Notes under the pieces: model-generated | Told to the model about the DNA's origin: nothing | Database searches by the model: none | The model's input: only the letters and a program-made list of their open reading frames with translations | Shown: piece by piece, positions 9,990 to 18,645 of the stretch | How the letters are laid out: each line of letters starts with the position of its first letter | Numbering within the stretch: the stretch's first letter is position 1 | Program-made: the position numbers and the translations under genes | Source of the DNA: a virus | Lineage: Duplodnaviria > Caudoviricetes | Reading direction: 5' to 3' (one strand) | Virus record (IMG/VR): IMGVR_UViG_3300014656_000076 | Location: 1-35,785 of that record | Length of the DNA stretch: 35,785 nucleotides

Positions 9990-10453
9990 CATCGCGGCGC
10001 CGTGAGGAACGCCGCCACGGCCGCCTTGATCTCCGGCCAATCCTCATCCCTCACGCCGAGGAACGGCCTCGCCGGGATCTTGACGCTATGGCCTCTCCCC
10101 GCCATGCCGCCGAATTGATGTATTGCCGCATACACCTCATCCGTCCCGATCTCCACCCTGTCAGGGTATGCCTCCGGATGAACCGAGCCCATCAGGATCC
10201 GGTTCAGGATCAGGATGTCCTCGGCGCTCCGGCCTTTTTTGGCCCTGGCGGCCGCGGTGGCCGGGGCCAGAGGCTCCCACGCCGTCCCGTCCGGCGCCCT
10301 ATGCTCCTCAAAATTTCTCTGCACGCTCTCCTGGATCACCTCGCCGATCTCCCGCATCACCGGCGTCATGTCATCCATATGGGCCATCACCCGGCCGAGC
10401 AGCTCCCGCATTTCAGAGTCATCAATCTTTATTTCGATTAAAGCGCCTGCCAT
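9989..10453 (-). CDS. Virion morphogenesis protein (Mu gpG-like)
   Basis: PDGTAWEPL, YAAIHQFGG and IPARPFLG motifs. Confidence 0.9.
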   Translation of the reverse strand: MAGALIEIKIDDSEMRELLGRVMAHMDDMTPVMREIGEVIQESVQRNFEEHRAPDGTAWEPLAPATAAARAKKGRSAEDILILNRILMGSVHPEAYPDRVEIGTDEVYAAIHQFGGMAGRGHSVKIPARPFLGVRDEDWPEIKAAVAAFLTAPR

Positions 10454-10501
10454 GTTATATCTTTAATCCCTGTGCCCTACGCCTTGGGCCTTGCACCTTT
10501 T

Positions 10502-10954
10502 TCAATAATTGTCCAGCGTCCCGGTTGATCCGTCCGAGGTCCGCCCCTTGCTGAATACCCTGTCTGTTTTTGAGGTTGTCACCTGCACGCCATGATCCGG
10601 ATCGGAGCCCGGCTCCGGCACGTCAAGCCTCATCATTCCTCTGGCGATCCGGTCCAGATCTTTCATCACCGCCTCACACCGTTCCTTGCGCGTCTCGGGG
10701 ATGGTATCGTCCCGCCGGGCATAAAGATTGCAGATCGCAAGATCAACCGACATGCGCCGCACCAGGTTTGGCGTAGCCGAAAAGGGCAGGCTATATTTAA
10801 CGGACACATAGGCGTCTATCTCTTCATCCGCATCGGCGATCGCTCTGGTGACGACATCATCATCCACTTCGCCGGCCCCGGCATCGTCGGTCAGCGTTAT
10901 GAGGATCGATGAATCCAGTTGCAAGAGGATGTCACTTTGTGTGCAGTATGCCAT
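10502..10954 (-). CDS. Mu gp36-like head-tail adaptor
   Basis: MAYCTQSDI..LTDD..AIADADEEIDAY..YSLP pattern. Confidence 0.88.
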   Translation of the reverse strand: MAYCTQSDILLQLDSSILITLTDDAGAGEVDDDVVTRAIADADEEIDAYVSVKYSLPFSATPNLVRRMSVDLAICNLYARRDDTIPETRKERCEAVMKDLDRIARGMMRLDVPEPGSDPDHGVQVTTSKTDRVFSKGRTSDGSTGTLDNY

Positions 10955-12038
10955 TATTTCTCCCGGCCATGATTTCCATTATTGCCAACCATACAACGGC
11001 AATCATGGCGTTGAGTGCGCTCATCCGGAACATGGAGTTCGTAATCATCCCCGCAACAATGGCGGCCATCGCGGCCAGCGGCATCGCCACCGTTGAAGTA
11101 ACCCGTCTGACTATACTTGCAACATAGCCGAGGATGATAATCGGGAACAAAACGCCCATCTCAACGAAACCCTGGATGAAACTATTATGCAACCTGACCC
11201 AACCCTGCGGAAAGGCGCCCCGCTGCAATAATCCGGGATAGATCGCGGCCCAGTTTCCCAGGCCAAAGCCCAAAAACGGTTGATTAATGATTGAGATGCT
11301 TATCGCTTTTTGCCATAATTCCCACCTCGGCCGGATACACGGTTGATCAATGTATTTTACGAACAGCGCGAGTCCTGCCATTATCGCGCACCCCGAAATC
11401 AAGGCTACCCATCCCGGTTTCGAAACAATCATAAATAGAACAGCCGCCGATGCAAAGCCGATGACCCCGCCGCTCGATTTTGAGAGACCCAGCCCCAACA
11501 AAATCCCGGGCAGAAAGAAAACCCAATATCTCCTGAAAAACGCCGGTCCGCACATGGCAAGACAGGCGGCCGATTCATTCGGGTTCGCGAATATACCTGA
11601 AGCCCTTGATACATCGGCATTCAACGGATTCAGGGTCTGCTGCATGTAAATAAGGGCCAGGACATCTGATATCGCAATCACGCAAAGAGCGTCCAGCAAG
11701 CGGTCGACCTTCAAACATTTCGCAATGATTAATGCATACAATCCGCACCCGGCAGCCACCATATTCAGCGCAATATAGGATTGATCCGTTTGGAGTTGTT
11801 TGAAACCTGACAGGATTAATCCAGGCACTGAGTGTGAGAACAGGGCCAACATAAGAAAGAGCCCGGCATACTTATTAATATCCCGGTACAGGTATATGGC
11901 AAACAGCAACACAACCGCACACCTGAACATGAATTCGAGGTATTCCCGGAGGCTTACAACCGGCGGCCTGGCAATAGCGCCGAGAATCAGCACCGTCGCT
12001 ATTATGATAGGCCAAGGTGTGTTATCTGGTTTCGCCAA
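10932..12038 (-). CDS. O-antigen ligase / oligosaccharyltransferase family membrane protein
   Basis: Many hydrophobic segments; RASGIFANPN, SKSSGG, RWELWQKA..PFLGFGLGNW and LHNSFIQGFVEMG motifs of the WaaL/Wzy_C/PglL family. Confidence 0.85.
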   Translation of the reverse strand: MAKPDNTPWPIIIATVLILGAIARPPVVSLREYLEFMFRCAVVLLFAIYLYRDINKYAGLFLMLALFSHSVPGLILSGFKQLQTDQSYIALNMVAAGCGLYALIIAKCLKVDRLLDALCVIAISDVLALIYMQQTLNPLNADVSRASGIFANPNESAACLAMCGPAFFRRYWVFFLPGILLGLGLSKSSGGVIGFASAAVLFMIVSKPGWVALISGCAIMAGLALFVKYIDQPCIRPRWELWQKAISISIINQPFLGFGLGNWAAIYPGLLQRGAFPQGWVRLHNSFIQGFVEMGVLFPIIILGYVASIVRRVTSTVAMPLAAMAAIVAGMITNSMFRMSALNAMIAVVWLAIMEIMAGRNNGILHTK

Positions 12039-12789
12039 GATACATCTGTTTTATCTCCAGCGTGTTATTGCTTGAGCCATTGTTCCATACCGCGATATCG
12101 ACACCGGACGTCCCGGCAGCGATCGCCGCGATCCCGGTGGCATCCAGAGTCAGCGTTACCAGCTCTTCCGATGCATCGAGCGTCGCACTTGTCAAACTCG
12201 CCCCTGTTTGGCCGATTACTGAAGGAAGGCCAACGTCATTCCCGTGGACCCATATGCCCCAGTCTACGGCATGTTCCGTTCCATCCGCTCCCGAGGAAGT
12301 ACAGATCAAATTAACCGTGAGCGAGGTAAAGTTCGTATCCGGATACCACGGAAATTGTATTTCCGCAGTCTCTCCGGAGTTGTCCCAGACAATGGCTGCC
12401 ACATTATCCGTTGTCGTCAAATTCGGCGCAGAGGAGCTGGTTATAGGACCGGTGCCATCAACGAATACACTTGCAAGCGGAACTGGTATCCGATAAACAG
12501 CGTCCGTTATTTCCCCCGCCCCTATCGAGCCTGTCGGCAAGACAGCGTCCCCGATCACCGTGAGGGTGCCCGTAACGCCCAGATCTCCGCCCACATCGGC
12601 ATCATCCGTCACGGTGAGATCATCGCCTATGGTGACGTTTTCGATGACATGAAGGACCCCTTTCACCAACACATTAGTAAAAAACCCGTCATAATAGACG
12701 GACATGGCGGTCCAGGAAAACGCCAGCAGAAGGATGGATGCCAGCAAGCCGATGAAAAGGCCTTTAGCCCTCTTGGTTATTTTTATCAT
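12022..12789 (-). CDS. Exported or membrane-anchored beta-rich protein
   Basis: Basic plus hydrophobic N-terminus (KITKRAKGLFIGLLASILLLAFSWTAMS); stalk-like repeats (IGDDLTVTDDADVGGDLGVTGTLTV); Ser/Thr-rich globular C-terminus. Confidence 0.75.
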   Translation of the reverse strand: MIKITKRAKGLFIGLLASILLLAFSWTAMSVYYDGFFTNVLVKGVLHVIENVTIGDDLTVTDDADVGGDLGVTGTLTVIGDAVLPTGSIGAGEITDAVYRIPVPLASVFVDGTGPITSSSAPNLTTTDNVAAIVWDNSGETAEIQFPWYPDTNFTSLTVNLICTSSGADGTEHAVDWGIWVHGNDVGLPSVIGQTGASLTSATLDASEELVTLTLDATGIAAIAAGTSGVDIAVWNNGSSNNTLEIKQMYLGETR

Positions 12790-12964
12790 TGCCTTTCCCC
12801 TCCTTCGCTCCTCCCACCTTTATAAATTTCTGTTTCCGGCTGGTTTTAATCAGGGCCTCGCCGAACTCGTTTGGATAATCCTTATCCTCCCCGACATCGT
12901 GTTTGCCATAGGGCGCCACATTAACTGTACTGCTCGGCCCCAAATATTTAATCTTCATCTTCAT
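12764..12964 (-). CDS. Small hypothetical protein after major capsid
   Basis: 66 aa, GGAGG RBS, MKIKYLG start; overlaps the next gene. Confidence 0.65.
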   Translation of the reverse strand: MKMKIKYLGPSSTVNVAPYGKHDVGEDKDYPNEFGEALIKTSRKQKFIKVGGAKEGKGNDKNNQEG

Positions 12965-12994
12965 TCACCTCCGTCGATTACATTTCGTAAAAGT

Positions 12995-13025
12995 CTCAAG
13001 GTGTAAGTCATCCTTACACCTTGAG
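12995..13025 (-). terminator. Hairpin downstream of capsid gene (weak terminator or mRNA stabiliser)
   Basis: Perfect 13-bp stem CTCAAGGTGTAAG/CTTACACCTTGAG with a 5-nt loop, followed on the minus strand by ACTTTT. Confidence 0.6.
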
Positions 13026-13033
13026 CCATCGTC

Positions 13034-14011
13034 TTACGTCGCGATCGTATCGTACCAGAGAAACCCGAGATCCGCCCCTGTCTGCACGATGTGCGTCTCC
13101 TCCGCGGACTCGTAGACATCCTGGTGCTCCGCGTTTTCACGCCACATGGTGTTTCGCCTCGGGGATCCGTCTTCATATCGTCCCCGCGCCTGGTATCCGG
13201 GAGACGGCATCTTAAGCCCGGGCCTTTGAGGCCGATAAAATAAAAACGCCGCGCCTTTGTTTGCGTTCGTCTCCCAGACATTAGCGCCCGTAAAATCGTC
13301 ACCGGCTGCCGTTTCCACTGCGGATGAGTAGATCGCATCCCCGATCAGACATTCCTCCAGCTCGAACATGGCTGCCAGCAATGGCGCTGTCACGATCCCG
13401 CGCTCGGTATACTTGATCTTATCCAGGACCGAGCTTTCCTGCTTCAGCTCGGGGAGATTGTTGGCACTCAACATCAGAACATTCGGCCGAAACCCCGTGT
13501 TTTTCCGGATCGTCTCGATCCGTGTCTCAACGTCATCGATGAATGTGCATCCTGCTCCGGCCGCCCATAGGCCCTCCGCGTCCTCGCCGGCTACGCCGCT
13601 CCATGTGCCTGTCAGCACAAGGGACGCCACTCGCCGTTCTTTGCCGAGGTCGATTTTATCCGCACAAAATTCGATCGCGTCCTGATCCGGCCTCATAGGC
13701 GGTCCGCCGGCAACATTCACGGCCCGGCGATCTTCGTCCGTGACCTCTTTTGCAAATGCGTACTCCTTGAGCAGCACATCGATATAATCAGCCGGGTACC
13801 CGCCCCGCCTGGCGCGCGATCCCGGCCCCCTGATCCCCGCCTCGTCCCTGAACCATGCACCCTTCAGGTACCTGGCGATCTTGGACTTCGGCGAGACGCC
13901 GTCTATGATGGGGAACACCCGGTCCCCGATATAACTCTGGTTGCGGTACGCTATGCTTACCCCGGCCAGCGGCCCCGCAACGATCAATTCCCTTACATTT
14001 GGTTGAGCCAT
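13034..14011 (-). CDS. Major capsid protein
   Basis: 325 aa after protease and decoration genes; strong AGGAGG RBS; LAGVSIAYRN..FP and TGFRPNVLML motifs. Confidence 0.85.
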   Translation of the reverse strand: MAQPNVRELIVAGPLAGVSIAYRNQSYIGDRVFPIIDGVSPKSKIARYLKGAWFRDEAGIRGPGSRARRGGYPADYIDVLLKEYAFAKEVTDEDRRAVNVAGGPPMRPDQDAIEFCADKIDLGKERRVASLVLTGTWSGVAGEDAEGLWAAGAGCTFIDDVETRIETIRKNTGFRPNVLMLSANNLPELKQESSVLDKIKYTERGIVTAPLLAAMFELEECLIGDAIYSSAVETAAGDDFTGANVWETNANKGAAFLFYRPQRPGLKMPSPGYQARGRYEDGSPRRNTMWRENAEHQDVYESAEETHIVQTGADLGFLWYDTIAT

Positions 14012-14044
14012 GTTCTTGTTCCTCCTTTGGTTTTGTTATGCCGT

Positions 14045-14440
14045 TTAGGCAGTGACGGTCAGAGGGGTGAGCAGGCAGGTGGCGAGATCATCCTCGACAC
14101 CACCATCCAACAGCACGCCTACGGGATACTGGGTGGAGACACATGCCTGGGCTTTCCCCGCATCCGCTGCGCCCACGTATTCCATCGCCACGCGTGCCCC
14201 TCGAGACAGGGTGGCGCCCAGAACAATCTTGCTCACCCCGCCGCACCCGACAGGCCTGACCACCGCCGCCTCGCCGTCATCCGGCGCATTCTGCAGCACG
14301 CCGAACGGGATATCTGTGATCGCGTCCGGCCGCCTCACCGTGCCGTTCGTGGCGTCCAGCACCACGATCCGGTATTGATCACTGGTGAGGTCCTCTTCCG
14401 CCTCATAGGAGAGATCTATCACTTTGTTTTCAGTCGCCAT
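14045..14440 (-). CDS. Capsid decoration/cement protein
   Basis: 131 aa; GVLQNAP..GEAA motif; located between scaffold and capsid genes. Confidence 0.7.
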   Translation of the reverse strand: MATENKVIDLSYEAEEDLTSDQYRIVVLDATNGTVRRPDAITDIPFGVLQNAPDDGEAAVVRPVGCGGVSKIVLGATLSRGARVAMEYVGAADAGKAQACVSTQYPVGVLLDGGVEDDLATCLLTPLTVTA

Positions 14441-14442
14441 TA

Positions 14443-15723
14443 TTACGCCACCTCCCTCATCTCGGATTGATATGACCGGACCAGGTCCGCGTTTTCGATC
14501 TGCACCTCGGCGAATGCCGCGGAATAGTCCAGGGTTTTGCTCTCTTTCATCTTGGCCTCGATAAGCGCCTCCAGTTTTCCAGCGGAATCCCCGGTCGCGA
14601 CGTTCCCGTCCCTGGTCGCGATCTCTTTGAACTCCACGACCTTTGGTAATTCCGCCAGGAAGGATTTGAACCAGTCGATGGCCGTCATTTTCCGTTCTTC
14701 CGAGAACTCGATGACATCCTCTCCGTCAAGCTTCAGCATGAACTCCTCGAGGCCCATCTTTTCCCAGGCCGGGATCAGTTTGCCGTCTTTCATCCGGTTG
14801 GCGACAAACTCGGAGATCTCGGTTTTCCGTTTTTCTCCGCGGGCCTTCCTCTCCTTTTCGGCGAATGCCGTCTCGGCCTTTTTCCGCCCTTCCTCCTCGG
14901 CGGCCTTTTTGATCTTATCCAGGTCCGCCTCGGTGAATGCCGTGCCGTTAATCCCGTCGGGCGGTGTATCCGGCAATGCATCATCCGGCACTTTGCTGAC
15001 ATCCACGCCCATGAAGCTTAAAAGCCCCTTGACCTTTTCCTTGAATCCCATCATGTTGTTTCCCTCCCTCGTTTGTTGGTTAGCCGCGCCCCTGTCATCA
15101 ATAGCGCTCGTCGCGCCACTGAAAGCCGGAACGGCAGCATCGATTTCCGTCCTGTCTTTCCCGGACTCCTCTCTGATATATTCCACATCCCAGTCCGGGA
15201 TGATTGCATCAGCCTTTTCCTTACCCTCTTTCTCGATGAAATACTCCCTCAAATTTCTCAAAATACGTGCAATTGTTCCCATCGCCCAATCTTCGAATTC
15301 GAATGATACCGCCCCGGCTTGGCCCTCGAATTTCATATCCGCCAATCCTTTTACCGCAGGCGGCGCCGCCCCCAAAAACCCGACATGCCTGAGGCGGCCG
15401 TCCTTGTAAAAACTGGCAGATCGTTTTTTGAAAAGACCTTTTTCGACCATCGTTTCAAACTCGGGTACCACCTGTTTGAACCGGGCCAAGAGAACCTTCA
15501 CCCCGTCATTCAGATCGGTCTTCAGCCCTTCCACCCACCCGAATGCCGGCGCGTTTTCCTTCGGATGGCCTATCACGACGGGCGGTTCATGTTCCGAGGC
15601 ATCGAATGTCGAAACAGCCTTATCAATGATTTTATCTCCGTCATGTTCCAGGCCCTGGCTATCGATCTGCCTGCCGCCCCGAAAGATCTCTATCCAATCG
15701 CTAAAACCCTTGAATTTACTCAT
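14443..15723 (-). CDS. Mu gpI-like head protease with C-terminal scaffold
   Basis: WIEIFRGG, PVVIGHP..APAFGWV, KKRSASFY and LRHVGFLGAAPPAVKGL motifs; charged helical C-terminal half. Confidence 0.9.
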   Translation of the reverse strand: MSKFKGFSDWIEIFRGGRQIDSQGLEHDGDKIIDKAVSTFDASEHEPPVVIGHPKENAPAFGWVEGLKTDLNDGVKVLLARFKQVVPEFETMVEKGLFKKRSASFYKDGRLRHVGFLGAAPPAVKGLADMKFEGQAGAVSFEFEDWAMGTIARILRNLREYFIEKEGKEKADAIIPDWDVEYIREESGKDRTEIDAAVPAFSGATSAIDDRGAANQQTREGNNMMGFKEKVKGLLSFMGVDVSKVPDDALPDTPPDGINGTAFTEADLDKIKKAAEEEGRKKAETAFAEKERKARGEKRKTEISEFVANRMKDGKLIPAWEKMGLEEFMLKLDGEDVIEFSEERKMTAIDWFKSFLAELPKVVEFKEIATRDGNVATGDSAGKLEALIEAKMKESKTLDYSAAFAEVQIENADLVRSYQSEMREVA

Positions 15724-15743
15724 CTGATTCAGATCCTCCCCTG

Positions 15744-15968
15744 TTATTTCTTCGTTTCGAACATGATGCCGTTATCTCCCTGGTAGGGTTCTCGATGATC
15801 ATGCTCCCCGGAGACGATCGCGAGCGGGATCTCCTTGAACGCCTTACACCGGTTTCCGCTGATATAGTGCCGGCATTCGTCGCACTGGACCGTCCCGAAT
15901 GTCGTATCGATATATTTCTGCTGCAGGTCCTGAAATTCTTTCGTCCCATTCTTTTTTTCGGACATCAT
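15744..15968 (-). CDS. Small Cys/His protein, candidate partner/immunity protein of the MuF extension
   Basis: 74 aa from the ATG overlapping the MuF stop; CDECRH..CKAF..IP..HDHREPYQGDNGIMFE. Confidence 0.7.
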   Translation of the reverse strand: MMSEKKNGTKEFQDLQQKYIDTTFGTVQCDECRHYISGNRCKAFKEIPLAIVSGEHDHREPYQGDNGIMFETKK

Positions 15969-17134
15969 TTCGCCTTTCCTTTGCGTCTCATTAAAACCAC
16001 GTCCGGCTTTCCAAAACGATCCGCATCCCAGCCCTCCGGCGCGTACTGATCGTCCCACTGCAGCCGGCCATATTCTTCGAACCCGAATTTACCATAAAAG
16101 CCCGGCAGGTACCCATCAAAACAATCCAGTGTTTCAGCCCCTTGCTCGATGGCGTTTTTAACGGCCGAGCCTCCACGCTTGGCGCCCGGTTTCGAAAAAA
16201 CGGAAACCAGCTCATTGTCTTTGGTGATCGCATACCCCGAGCTGCCGTCATAGGCCGTATAAACGCTCGCCCCGAGGGCCTTGTATGCCTCGACGTCATG
16301 CGGCGTGACAAACGGCCTGAATTGATCCGGTAGCCTGTCGCGATTATAGATGAACTCTTTTATGTCTTCATCCGTCGCGGCGGGCACGAAGACGGGAAGC
16401 GTCATAGCCTCCTCGATCCTCTCCCTCGCCAGTCTGTCATAGGGTTTAAGATCCGGCTTCCATGCATCAAGCCCCGCTTTCCCGGGATTATACCGCCACC
16501 CCTCATCCGGCCTTTCCCGGACCCCTTGCGTTTCTTCGGTCAGTTTCCTCTGCTTCATCTGGCGTTCGCTGAGCGTCTTGACGTAGCACCGGCACCCGAA
16601 CCCGTTAGGAGGGTACCACTGGTTCCAGAAGGGATGATCCCTGTGATACACCTTTCCGTGCTGCGCACCGTGTTCCGGTCTCGTAACCGCATCCATGATC
16701 GACATATACTGCCAGAAAACCCGCGTCACCGAATCCATCATCTGCTCGTAGCGGCCGACGCTATAGGAGGCCTGGAGGTTCGTCTTATAAATATTTTCAA
16801 CCCTCCACGCCGTCAGCCGTTTCCGGATCGTCCCGTCCGGCATCTCGATCTCGGCCCGCTCGCCCTTCGGTGCGAACCAGCCTTTCTTTTCGAGGGTCTG
16901 TCTCAGACCTTTCTTGAACTGCCCGAGACTTTGTCCTGTTTTGACGGCCTTTTCCGCCTCGTCGCGGATGCCGACAAGGACATCCATCTTCGTCACGTTC
17001 GCGACCGTGAATGCCCTCGCATGGGCCTGCTGCCAGAGATTCCGCCATGAATCGGGCGAAAGCATGACGCCCTTATCGCTGAAATATTGGATTGCCTCCT
17101 TAAATGGCAGATTTCCGTATACGGCTTCCGGCAT
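15965..17134 (-). CDS. MuF (gp30-like) minor head protein with C-terminal extension
   Basis: HARAFTVA, TRPEH and YPPNGFGCRC motifs, plus an extra ~140-aa C-terminal domain. Confidence 0.9.
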   Translation of the reverse strand: MPEAVYGNLPFKEAIQYFSDKGVMLSPDSWRNLWQQAHARAFTVANVTKMDVLVGIRDEAEKAVKTGQSLGQFKKGLRQTLEKKGWFAPKGERAEIEMPDGTIRKRLTAWRVENIYKTNLQASYSVGRYEQMMDSVTRVFWQYMSIMDAVTRPEHGAQHGKVYHRDHPFWNQWYPPNGFGCRCYVKTLSERQMKQRKLTEETQGVRERPDEGWRYNPGKAGLDAWKPDLKPYDRLARERIEEAMTLPVFVPAATDEDIKEFIYNRDRLPDQFRPFVTPHDVEAYKALGASVYTAYDGSSGYAITKDNELVSVFSKPGAKRGGSAVKNAIEQGAETLDCFDGYLPGFYGKFGFEEYGRLQWDDQYAPEGWDADRFGKPDVVLMRRKGKAK

Positions 17135-18645
17135 CAGTCCCCTTCGTCCCCCTCGGCGGCGGCGTACCCCGTGAGGCCCGCCGCGAACATCGCCCTTGCG
17201 AGCAGCGCCTGGAACTCATGGCTGTCGAGCGCCGGGTACATCTCATAAATCATCTCCCCTATCTCGTCGAATGATCCGGCCCCCTCGATCATCTTCAAAA
17301 CCGGCTCCAGGAGCGCGGAGACAGCCCCGTCTGCGTCGATCGCCCCCCGGGCCGATAGATTGTCCACGTCATCCTGCCCGAAGCGCATACCGGCCGTTTC
17401 TGCAAATTGTCTTACTCCCGGATCCCCGCTCCTTGCCGTGACGATTTCCTCCCCTTCCTCCGGCTCCGGTATCGCATAGGTCTCATAAAAATACCGTTTC
17501 CCGACAGGAACTCCGATGTCAGTCACCAATGTCTTGTCCCTTTCGGCAAGGGCCTTGAGATCATGCTCTTTTTCGGTTCGGACCCATAGTTTAGGGTATG
17601 CCGTAACGCCGGGGAAATTATAATCCACGATCCATCTGACCAGGCTGTTATTCAAACATTCGCACAGCAGGTCCGCATCTGCCTTGAGGATATCGGCTCT
17701 GACTTCCTCCTGCGCGTCTTCGTTTCCGAGTTTACCGGGCGTTCCCTCTGTCGTGGCCGTCTGCCCGAGGACTGCCTTGGAAATCTGCTTATCCATATAC
17801 TCGCAGATTGTCTCATAGGTCACGCGCCCCTGGCGCGTCGCTTCGAGGAGATCGATCGCCATCGTGTCCGGGATCTTGACTCCGGTTTCGGAATGTATCG
17901 CGTCAATGGCATCGAGAAGTGCCTGCTGCTGATCTGCCGGCGTGCCGGGCGGATATTTGCCGACAGCCGTCGGCATGCCGAATTTTTCTAAAAAAATCAT
18001 CCAGAACTTGATCCCGTTTTTCTTGAACCACACCGGCCACCAGAGCTTTTGTCCCAACCCCTTGCCATAGGGGTTATCGCTCGATCCGTAGGTGAATTGG
18101 ATAAATTTTCTATCCGGCAGAGGGTCTCCCTCGATCATGTTTTGCGGTGTGAGCAGTCTCAGTTCCCTGTCCATCGAGAACGAAAACCGCCGCGGGTGCT
18201 TCGCCCGGATCATGCCCGGCACGATGTGCCCATCCCTCAGTTCCCACATGACTTCCGCAACGTAAAACCCATAAAGCACCGCCTGCAAAAGCTCCTGTCT
18301 GGCCTGGTCGAAATTCGTGTTTTCCAGACTTTTATAAACGAAGTCCGCTATCCTTTGGGCCTGGGTCTCGGCGGCCGGCCGCCCCCTTGTTGCCGCCTGC
18401 TCCCCCGGTAAAACCTCCCACTCCTTGCCGATTACGGAGAGGTATCGGGTCTGTAAAACCGATCCGGCATGCGGGTCCCTGTCCACCTCGTCATAGAGCT
18501 TGAGCCCTTTTCCCGCCGCCTCCGTCCTCAACGTTGGGTCCGGATTTTCGAGCCTGGTGAGCCAACCCGCAAAGATGTCGATATCCTTCGACGCGGTTGC
18601 GATCTCGTCTTTGGCAGGCTTTTTTGTGATTTCCGCCTCAGGCAT
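17134..18645 (-). CDS. Portal protein (Mu gp29-like)
   Basis: NPYGKGL, FLEKFGMP..GKY and ISKAVLGQT motifs; follows terminase. Confidence 0.92.
   Translation of the reverse strand: MPEAEITKKPAKDEIATASKDIDIFAGWLTRLENPDPTLRTEAAGKGLKLYDEVDRDPHAGSVLQTRYLSVIGKEWEVLPGEQAATRGRPAAETQAQRIADFVYKSLENTNFDQARQELLQAVLYGFYVAEVMWELRDGHIVPGMIRAKHPRRFSFSMDRELRLLTPQNMIEGDPLPDRKFIQFTYGSSDNPYGKGLGQKLWWPVWFKKNGIKFWMIFLEKFGMPTAVGKYPPGTPADQQQALLDAIDAIHSETGVKIPDTMAIDLLEATRQGRVTYETICEYMDKQISKAVLGQTATTEGTPGKLGNEDAQEEVRADILKADADLLCECLNNSLVRWIVDYNFPGVTAYPKLWVRTEKEHDLKALAERDKTLVTDIGVPVGKRYFYETYAIPEPEEGEEIVTARSGDPGVRQFAETAGMRFGQDDVDNLSARGAIDADGAVSALLEPVLKMIEGAGSFDEIGEMIYEMYPALDSHEFQALLARAMFAAGLTGYAAAEGDEGD

Noticed and set aside
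14537-15409. Long plus-strand ORFs (also 9737-10441, 19480-20193, 27071-27799)
   Set aside because: Antisense shadows of well-supported GC-rich minus-strand genes.
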